Below, in pieces: positions 35,208-42,058 of a stretch of 42,058 nucleotides of DNA (within the stretch, counting starts at the first letter, position 1; every line of letters starts with the position of its first letter). The notes beneath the pieces were generated by a model that was not told where the DNA came from, did not search any database, and was given only the letters and a program-made list of their open reading frames with translations. The translations under genes and the position numbers were made by a program. The stretch comes from Candidatus Liptonbacteria bacterium (lineage in GTDB: Bacteria > Patescibacteriota > Minisyncoccia > UBA6257 > 2-01-FULL-56-20), in NCBI GenBank assembly GCA_023244935.1, contig JAHFLJ010000003.1:1-42058 (forward strand), read 5' to 3'.

Positions 35208-35893
35208 AAAAAATAGTTTTGGTAACCGGAGCCGGAAGCGGATTGGGAAAAGAAATATCCAAATTGCTCTCTCCGGAAAATATTGTCATTGGAGTAGATC
35301 TTAATTCCGGGAGTCTAAAAACTTTGAGAAAAGAAACCGGGTGTGAAATCTACGGTTGCGACATTTCTAAAGCTTCACAGGTTTTATCGCTCTCGAAGAA
35401 AATTTTAAAGAAATATAAGAAAATTGATTGTCTCGTAAATAGTGCCGGAGTTTGGATGCAAGGAAAACTTATAAGCATTGATGATGTAATGGCGGAAAAA
35501 GTTATAAAAGTGAATATCCTTGGCGCGGTATTTATGAGCAAATATTTTTTACCATTACTTTCCAAATCTGAAGCCGGACTGATTATAAATATAATTTCCC
35601 AGGGAGGATTGTATTCCAAGCCGGAAAGATCGGTTTACGGAGCTTCTAAGTGGGGGATGACCGGATTTACCAAACATCTCTCGAGCGAGGTTTTATCGGA
35701 AGGCATCAGGGTCACCGGAGTTTATCCCGGAAAAATGGATACTGCGCTTTTCGGAAATCTAAGAGCCCAAAGAGATATGTCGGATTCATTAAGCCCGGCA
35801 TTAGTCGCGAAGACAATCAAGTTTATAGTCGATCAACCGGCAGAGGTGCATATTCCGGAACTGGGCGTAAAAAGCGCCAAACAATTACAATGA
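35204..35893 (+). CDS. Short-chain dehydrogenase/reductase
   Basis: TGAGSGLG, NSAG, YGASK (YxxxK), PG.MDT. Confidence 0.93.
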   Translation: MKKIVLVTGAGSGLGKEISKLLSPENIVIGVDLNSGSLKTLRKETGCEIYGCDISKASQVLSLSKKILKKYKKIDCLVNSAGVWMQGKLISIDDVMAEKVIKVNILGAVFMSKYFLPLLSKSEAGLIINIISQGGLYSKPERSVYGASKWGMTGFTKHLSSEVLSEGIRVTGVYPGKMDTALFGNLRAQRDMSDSLSPALVAKTIKFIVDQPAEVHIPELGVKSAKQLQ

Positions 35894-37002
35894 AATTTTT
35901 AAGGGACATCCCTAAAGACTTATTAAGAGGCAGGGCAATCGTTCGAATTGATTTGAATTCAAGCGATAATTGGCGATTACTTTGCGCCGGTAAAACTCTG
36001 AAATTTCTTTCGCAAAACGCAAAAGCTGTTTTGATTATATCTCATACCGGAAGACCCAATACAAATAATCCGGCAGATTTTAAAAAATTCAGTTTGAAAT
36101 CCAGGGCCGGCGATATTTCAAAATTATTGAGAAAAGAAGTTGTCTTTTTAAAAGACATCTCCGAAGCTGAACGACAGTTCAAAAACTGCGAAAGTAAAAA
36201 AGTGTTTTTGCTGGAGAATTTGCGTTTTGATTCCGGTGAAGAAAAAAATGATAAAGTATTGGCAGGGAAGCTCGCCTTGCTCGGAAATTATTATGTTAAC
36301 GAAGCCTTTGCCGTATCCCATCGGGCGAATGCTTCCGTGTCGGCAATCACAAAATTTATTCCGAGTTTTGCCGGATTTAATTTCGAAGATGAAATAAATA
36401 ATCTGTCTAAAGCGATAGCGAATCCTAAAAAACCACTGGTGGTAATCCTGGGCGGAGGAAAATCCGCCGACAAAGTCGGGATAATCAAGTTTCTTAAGAA
36501 CAAAGCAAAGTGGTTTTTGCTCGGTGGAGCATCAGCTAATACCCTCCTGCAATTAAGCGGAGTCGATATGAAAGATTCCCTAAGGGAGAAAGACCCAAAA
36601 ATCTTAGCGCAAATGAAGCCTCTGCTTAAGCTCAAGAGCATACTTTTACCGTTTGATTGTAAAATAGATAAACGAGAAGTTCTCGACATCGGTGAATTAA
36701 CCGCCAAGGAATATGCAATAAAGATAGGCGAAGCCGGAACAATAATCTGGGCCGGTCCATTGGGTTTATTCGAAAAGAAGAAATTTGCCGGCGGATCACT
36801 TATAGTCGCCAAAGCCATCGCCAAAAATAAAAAAAGTTTCAGTATAGTCGGCGGAGGGGAAACTGTAGAATTTTTACGAAAAAACAAAATGGATAAATAT
36901 TTTGATTTTGTTTCTACCGGTGGCGGGGCAATGCTGGAATTTCTAGCCGGTAATAAACTTCCCGGAATCGAAGCGTTAAATAAAAATGGCAAGACAAATT
37001 GA
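35890..37002 (+). CDS. pgk: Phosphoglycerate kinase
   Basis: RIDLN, SHTGRP, LENLRF, HRANAS, GGGET, STGGGAMLEFL.G..LPG; start moved to ATG 35890. Confidence 0.93.
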   Translation: MKFLRDIPKDLLRGRAIVRIDLNSSDNWRLLCAGKTLKFLSQNAKAVLIISHTGRPNTNNPADFKKFSLKSRAGDISKLLRKEVVFLKDISEAERQFKNCESKKVFLLENLRFDSGEEKNDKVLAGKLALLGNYYVNEAFAVSHRANASVSAITKFIPSFAGFNFEDEINNLSKAIANPKKPLVVILGGGKSADKVGIIKFLKNKAKWFLLGGASANTLLQLSGVDMKDSLREKDPKILAQMKPLLKLKSILLPFDCKIDKREVLDIGELTAKEYAIKIGEAGTIIWAGPLGLFEKKKFAGGSLIVAKAIAKNKKSFSIVGGGETVEFLRKNKMDKYFDFVSTGGGAMLEFLAGNKLPGIEALNKNGKTN

Positions 37003-37882
37003 GCGTAGAACTACTAATAGAAATCGGACCGATAAAAAAGTTTTGATTTTATATCACGGTGGCTGTAATGACGGCTTCGGTGGTGCTTGGGCTGCTTGGA
37101 AAAAATTTGGGAGTAAAGCGGAATATATTCCGATGGATCGCAATAAACCGCTTCCAATTCCAACCGGGAAAGAAGTATATTTTATTGACTATTTGCTTCC
37201 GCTTCCGGAGATTAAAAAGTATATAGAAAATAATCGGCGAGTAACGGCAATCGATCACCATATCACCATGCAAGAGTCCGCAGAGGCGACTTATGCCCCA
37301 AGTTTTTCACTGGATAATTCCGGAGCGGTTTTGGCTTGGAAATACTTTCATGGGAATAAAAAAGTTCCGATGCTTTTGAAATATATCGAAGATAGGGATT
37401 TATGGAGGTTCAAAATGCCAAAGGCCAAAGAAATTCTTGCCGGCACCAATTTTTCCGAAGATAGTGTTTATACCTTTAAGGGTTTTGATCTGCTGGTTAA
37501 TAATTTCGAGAAAGCATCTTTTAGAAATAAATGTATTAAGGACGGTAAAATTGTTAGAAGTGTTTTTGATGGGATTATCAAGAATATCTCGACTCATGCC
37601 GACGAAGTTAAGTTCGAGGGTTATATTTGCTGGGCGGTCAATGCTCCACATATGTTCGCGTCCGAAACCGGGAACACGCTGGTGAACAAAGAAAAAAGAA
37701 TTGGTATAGCAATTGTTTGGTATTCCGAAGGCGGAGTAATCAAGGTTTCTTTGAGATCTAAAGATAAGTTCGATGTCGCGAAGATTGCCGAGAAATATGG
37801 AGGCGGAGGGCATAAAAAGGCTGCCGGTTTTATAATTAAAGATTTTAAAGATATTCCTTGGAAAATAATCAGCAAAAAATAA
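36986..37882 (+). CDS. DHH/DHHA1-family phosphoesterase
   Basis: YH..C.DG, IDHH, EDRDLW, SLRS and GGGGHKKAAGF motifs. Confidence 0.9.
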   Translation: MARQIERRTTNRNRTDKKVLILYHGGCNDGFGGAWAAWKKFGSKAEYIPMDRNKPLPIPTGKEVYFIDYLLPLPEIKKYIENNRRVTAIDHHITMQESAEATYAPSFSLDNSGAVLAWKYFHGNKKVPMLLKYIEDRDLWRFKMPKAKEILAGTNFSEDSVYTFKGFDLLVNNFEKASFRNKCIKDGKIVRSVFDGIIKNISTHADEVKFEGYICWAVNAPHMFASETGNTLVNKEKRIGIAIVWYSEGGVIKVSLRSKDKFDVAKIAEKYGGGGHKKAAGFIIKDFKDIPWKIISKK

Positions 37883-37883
37883 A

Positions 37884-38504
37884 ATGAAAAAAAGCTTTTA
37901 TTATGCCTATTTAATTCCTAAAACCGGAGAAAAAGGAGTGGCAACAACCTGGGGAGAATGTGAGAAAAAAGTTAAGGGCGTAACCGGCGCCAGATTTCAG
38001 AAATTTCCGAGTTTAAGTGAGGCGAAATTGTGGTTGGGAGGTGGAGCTCAATATGACAAAAAAGAAAAGCAGCCGAAGATTATCTTACGGGAAGGAATAT
38101 ATTTTGATTCCGGAACCGGCCGGGGAGATGGCGTGGAAATTAGTGTAACCGATAAAAACGGAAAGAACCTTTTGCATAAAGTAATCGACGAGAGCAAGCT
38201 GAATATTCATGGCAAACACCACGCAGGGGCAGAAGCTACCAATAACTACGGAGAACTGTTGGCGCTCAAATATGCAATTCAGATTGCCAAAAAAACTAAG
38301 CATAAAAAAATATTTGGCGATAGCAAATTGGTGATTGAGTACTGGTCAATGGGCATTGCCAAGGCAAAAGATTTGCCGATAAAAACCGTTAAATTAATTT
38401 CCGAAGTAACCGCGCTTCGCGAGGATTTCGAATCCGCCGGAGGAAGTATATTAAGAATTCCGGGAGGTGATAACCCTGCAGATTTAGGATTTCACCGAGA
38501 CTAA
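37884..38504 (+). CDS. rnhA: Ribonuclease H with N-terminal hybrid-binding (viroplasmin-like) domain
   Basis: G...TW.EC...VKG...ARF.KF.S..EA..WL N-terminal domain; YFDSG, TNNYGEL, GDS.LV, N.AD acidic catalytic motifs. Confidence 0.82.
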   Translation: MKKSFYYAYLIPKTGEKGVATTWGECEKKVKGVTGARFQKFPSLSEAKLWLGGGAQYDKKEKQPKIILREGIYFDSGTGRGDGVEISVTDKNGKNLLHKVIDESKLNIHGKHHAGAEATNNYGELLALKYAIQIAKKTKHKKIFGDSKLVIEYWSMGIAKAKDLPIKTVKLISEVTALREDFESAGGSILRIPGGDNPADLGFHRD

Positions 38505-38506
38505 AA

Positions 38507-38581
38507 ACTAATGATTGATAACCACGTAAATGAATTCGTTTTAGGTTATTGGTAATTAGTAATTAGTTGTAAGTTATAAGT
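38507..38581. repeat. Heptad-periodic inverted repeat element between convergent genes
   Basis: ACTAATG ATTGATA ... TATTGGT AATTAGT AATTAGT TGTAAGT TATAAGT. Confidence 0.7.
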
Positions 38582-38585
38582 GTTT

Positions 38586-41500
38586 TTACGCCTCCAGCGA
38601 TTTTGCCTTTTCTACAATCATCGATGGCTCTCCGTTTCTTAAACTAATTTTTCCCTCAATCGCGATAATTTTATTTTCTACCCAAACATCTTGGGTCTTT
38701 ATCATGGTGTTATTAAACACAACCAATTCAATTGGCTGAGGTGAAAGATCTTCCATCGTCACAAATAGCATTGGTTGTCCGGTCTTGGTCATAATCTTTT
38801 TAATCGAGGAGATCAAACCGGCTCCACGATAAATCATTCGCTCGTCGGTTACGGCGCGAAGTTCAGCAACAGTTCTTGCTTTCATAGCCCGAATCTTTTC
38901 GTCGTAGTGGTTTAGGGGATGGTCGGATAAATAGAATCCTAAAAGTTCTTTTTCCCAAGCTAGTTTTTGAGTAGGAGTAGCCGGAGTAGCCGGCTTTAGG
39001 GTCAGTGGGGGAATCGCGTTTGCGATATTTCCGAAAAGGGAATTTTGAGCGGAGAATAAATTTTTTCGGATTGAATTGTGATATTTCAAAATATCGTCCA
39101 TATTTTCTATCACTTCATTTCTATCTAGCCCAAATGAATCCAAGGCGCCACTTTTCGCCAAGCTTTCCAAGGATTTTTTATTTAAATCTTTATGCTCGAT
39201 TCTCAGGACAAAGTCCGCAAAGTTCTTGTATTCACCTCCGCGGATTCGTTCATCAATAATCGCTTGGGCGATTGCTCCTCCAACATTCTTGATTGCCAGT
39301 AATCCGAAACGAATTTGTTTACCATCCGGCGCAAATTTAACAAAACTTTTGTTTATATCCGGCCCCAATACTTCCAAATTCTCTTGCTTTGCTTCGGTGG
39401 TTAAAAAGGACATTCGGTCGGTATCCCCGATATCGGCATTAAGCAGACTCGCCATAAATTCTTCCGGATAGTGCGCGCGAAGGTAGGCGGTTCGATATCC
39501 GATGAGCGCGTAGCAAGCGGCGTGACTTTTATTGAAACCATAACGAGCAAAAGGAGGGAATAGCTCCCAGATTGCGGTCGCGGTTTTTCTGTCTATCCCA
39601 TTTTTTATCATTCCATCCACAAGCTTACTCTGTTGTTCGTCAAGAAGCTCTTTAATTTTTTTACCAATAGCTTTACGAAGAATGTCCGCTTCCGCCAAAG
39701 AGTAGCCGGCCAAGTCGCGGGCAATACGCATCATCTGCTCCTGATAAACTCCGATACCATAAGTATTTCCTAGAATAGGCTCAAGTTTTGGATGGAGATA
39801 GGTAATTTTTTCTTGTCCATTTTTACGTTTAATAAACGAAGGAATAAGTTCCATCGGGCCCGGACGGTAGAGTGCAACCAAGGCAATCAAGTCTTCAATT
39901 CCTGAAGGCTTAATATCCTTCATGTACCGGCGCATACCACTTGACTCGAATTGAAATACGCCTGTCGTATCGCCCTTCTTTAATAAAGCAAAAGTTTTTT
40001 CATCGTCTAGCGGAATATCTTCAATTTTTATATTGACATCCTGAAGTTCTTTTATGAGTCGGATTGTTTCTTCGATAATTGTTAAATTCTTTAAGCCCAA
40101 AAAGTCGATTTTCAAAAGTCCCAAGTCTTCGATAGCATGCATTTCAAACTGACTAATAATAATATTTTTATCCTGTGGGGCGAACTGCAGAGGAACACGT
40201 TCATCAAGCGGGTCGCGCGCGATGACCGTTCCGCAAGCGTGCACTGACGCATGGCGCGCCACGCCTTCCAGATGCATTGCCGCGTCGATTAAATCTTTGG
40301 CATTTTTATCGCTTTTATATAAGGCTTTAAGATCGTCGGTTTTATCCAGCGCATCTTTAAGCTTGGTATTTGGAAGTCCGGGGATAAGTTTGGCAATTTT
40401 GTCGCAGAAGCTGTATGGGAGCCCCATCGCTCTTCCGGCGTCCCGGATTGCCGCCCGCGCCGCCATTGTTCCAAAGGTAATAATCTGCGCAACGTGGTCA
40501 GCTCCATATTTTTCTCGCGCATATGCCAAAACCTCATCGCGTCGAATATCCGCGAAGTCAATATCGATATCCGGCATTTGAATACGCTCCGGGTTCAAAA
40601 ATCTTTCAAACAGTAGGTCGTAGGTTAGAGGATCAATATCCGTAATCTTTAAAACGTAAGAAACCAAACTGCCTGCCGCCGAGCCTCTTCCCGGACCGAC
40701 AGAAATTCCATGGTCCTTGGCCCAGTTAATCAAGTCTTGAACAATTAGAAAATAGTCGGCAAAGCCGGTTTTTTCAATGACTCCCATTTCATATTCAATT
40801 CGCTCTCGCACCGCGATGGTTATCTCTTTCGGATATCGCTCCGGCAATCTTTTTTCAACCAATGTCCTTAAATATTCATTTGCGCTTTCTCCATTTGGTT
40901 TCGGGAATTCCGGCAAAAGTGTTTTTCCCAGTTCGATTTCAACATTGCACCTATCGGCAATTTTTTGCGTGTTATCCAGCGCTTCCGGCAAGTATCCCAA
41001 TTTTTCTACCATTCTTTCTTGAGAGCAGAGCGAGAAGTCATCAGTTTTTAAACTTAGTCGGTCATCGTCGGAAAGTTTATTGCCGGTTTGAATCGCCAAA
41101 AGAATATCGTGATAGTGTCCGTCTTCCGGGTTTAAATAATGAAGGTCTTGAGTCGCAACCAAAGGGATACCGGTCTCTTTGGAAAGCCTGATTATCTCCG
41201 GTTCAATTTTTTCGGATTCCGGTAAATTTGGATGCTTTTGGATTTCAATGAAGAAATTATTTTCTCCGAAAATTTCTTTGTATTCCAACGCAACTTTTTT
41301 TGCTTCGTCAAAATTGTTAGCCATTAAGGCTTGGTCAACTTCTCCTCCAAGACACGCCGAAAGAGCAATCAGTCCTTCACTGTGCTGGCGTAAAATTTCT
41401 TTATCCACGCGTGGTTTATAATAAAAACCCTCCAAGTGTGCCTTGGTCACCAGTTTAATCAAGTTTTTCCAACCAACGTTATTTTCCGCGAGCAAAATTA

Positions 41501-41762
41501 AATGGTAATAACGTTCTCCGGTAGAATCTCGATCTAGCCGGCTCTTTGGGGCGACATAAGTTTCCACGCCCATTATCGGCTTGATGCCGGCTTTCTTTGC
41601 TTTTTTATAAAATTCAATTGCTCCATATAGGACTCCGTGGTCGGTAAGCGCGATAGAGTCCATTCCGAGATCTTTAACTTTTTTAACTAAATCATCAATT
41701 TTTGGGAGACCATCAAGTAGGGAATAATGACTGTGGGTGTGTAAGTGAATAAATTTTTGCAT
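38586..41762 (-). CDS. dnaE: DNA polymerase III subunit alpha
   Basis: HLHTHSHYSLLDG PHP domain, GRGSAAGS, MPDIDIDF, YGFNKSH, C-terminal OB fold; no intein-sized insertion evident. Confidence 0.97.
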   Translation of the reverse strand: MQKFIHLHTHSHYSLLDGLPKIDDLVKKVKDLGMDSIALTDHGVLYGAIEFYKKAKKAGIKPIMGVETYVAPKSRLDRDSTGERYYHLILLAENNVGWKNLIKLVTKAHLEGFYYKPRVDKEILRQHSEGLIALSACLGGEVDQALMANNFDEAKKVALEYKEIFGENNFFIEIQKHPNLPESEKIEPEIIRLSKETGIPLVATQDLHYLNPEDGHYHDILLAIQTGNKLSDDDRLSLKTDDFSLCSQERMVEKLGYLPEALDNTQKIADRCNVEIELGKTLLPEFPKPNGESANEYLRTLVEKRLPERYPKEITIAVRERIEYEMGVIEKTGFADYFLIVQDLINWAKDHGISVGPGRGSAAGSLVSYVLKITDIDPLTYDLLFERFLNPERIQMPDIDIDFADIRRDEVLAYAREKYGADHVAQIITFGTMAARAAIRDAGRAMGLPYSFCDKIAKLIPGLPNTKLKDALDKTDDLKALYKSDKNAKDLIDAAMHLEGVARHASVHACGTVIARDPLDERVPLQFAPQDKNIIISQFEMHAIEDLGLLKIDFLGLKNLTIIEETIRLIKELQDVNIKIEDIPLDDEKTFALLKKGDTTGVFQFESSGMRRYMKDIKPSGIEDLIALVALYRPGPMELIPSFIKRKNGQEKITYLHPKLEPILGNTYGIGVYQEQMMRIARDLAGYSLAEADILRKAIGKKIKELLDEQQSKLVDGMIKNGIDRKTATAIWELFPPFARYGFNKSHAACYALIGYRTAYLRAHYPEEFMASLLNADIGDTDRMSFLTTEAKQENLEVLGPDINKSFVKFAPDGKQIRFGLLAIKNVGGAIAQAIIDERIRGGEYKNFADFVLRIEHKDLNKKSLESLAKSGALDSFGLDRNEVIENMDDILKYHNSIRKNLFSAQNSLFGNIANAIPPLTLKPATPATPTQKLAWEKELLGFYLSDHPLNHYDEKIRAMKARTVAELRAVTDERMIYRGAGLISSIKKIMTKTGQPMLFVTMEDLSPQPIELVVFNNTMIKTQDVWVENKIIAIEGKISLRNGEPSMIVEKAKSLEA

Positions 41763-41894
41763 ATTTTGTATTGGCTTACTTCGGTACCTAGGAGGCGTAT
41801 CGGTTCAGCAATTTTTACTAATACATTCTACAGCATTTTTGTCTTTGGCAAAAGAATTTACAGAACGCCAATTTTTGGTTAAAATCACTAGTGT

Positions 41895-41937
41895 TTAAGC
41901 CGCCTTACCTGCCTGCCGGCAGGCAGGCAGGGCTTAA
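41895..41937. repeat. REP-like palindrome
   Basis: TTAAGCC...CCTGCCTGCCGGCAGGCAGG (41908-41927)...GGCTTAA; same 20-mer as 12685-12704. Confidence 0.75.
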
Positions 41938-41984
41938 TTCATTAATGACTCTAGATTTCTTGATTATATAAACAGTTTAAATAT

Positions 41985-42056
41985 GCCACCTTAGCTCAGC
42001 GGTAGAGCGCCACTTTTGTAAAGTGGATGTCCCCGGTTCAAGCCCGGGAGGTGGCT
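41985..42056 (+). tRNA. tRNA-Thr(TGT)
   Basis: GCCACCT/AGGTGGC acceptor, CCACT-TTTGTAA-AGTGG anticodon arm, CCCGG-TTCAAGC-CCGGG T arm. Confidence 0.95.
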
Positions 42057-42058
42057 CA

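Noticed and set aside
35650-35889. N-terminal extensions in the ORF track (pgk here; also 3177, 7252, 23154, 26715, 32503 starts)
   Set aside because: They overlap neighbouring genes or promoters and use upstream non-ATG or implausible starts. Downstream ATGs fit the family N-termini better.
36291-36992. 233-aa minus-strand ORF and the other antisense or nested ORFs inside tkt, pilB, mraY, scpB and dnaE
   Set aside because: Shadow frames of well-supported conserved genes with no independent motifs.

Overview
A 42 kb window from a reduced, AT-rich bacterial genome in standard code 11. Gene content and style point to Patescibacteria/CPR, probably Parcubacteria (inference). It holds a pentose-phosphate/sugar cluster (rpiB, rpe, split transketolase, PfkB kinase) interleaved with surface and membrane genes, three tRNAs (Val-GAC, Ile-GAT, Thr-TGT) and a type IV pilus locus (major pilin, PilB/GspE, PilC/GspF, minor pilins, PilM-PilN fusion). 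Housekeeping and cell-wall genes follow: pth, lepB, hisS, HIT, Dus, AlkD-like, dnaX, a putative glycoside hydrolase, an LD-transpeptidase/DD-carboxypeptidase fusion, scpA, scpB, mraY, pgk, DHH, RNase H and dnaE. The standout is the 1.8 kb gap between rpiB and rpe. It contains two back-to-back GC-rich units of about 940 nt and 590 nt without credible long ORFs. Each has a consensus TTGACA-N16-TATAAT promoter with extended -10 and an intrinsic terminator, and each is packed with hairpins. The longer unit carries internally duplicated modules with compensatory base changes and six GGAGG motifs. These look like large structured non-coding RNAs, or micropeptide arrays, that I cannot assign to a known family. 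The end of a possible third GC-rich unit lies at 1-204. The window also has a dispersed family of 7-nt-periodic inverted-repeat elements and REP/MITE-like palindromes next to tRNAs. All folding and motif calls were made by eye; no searches were run.
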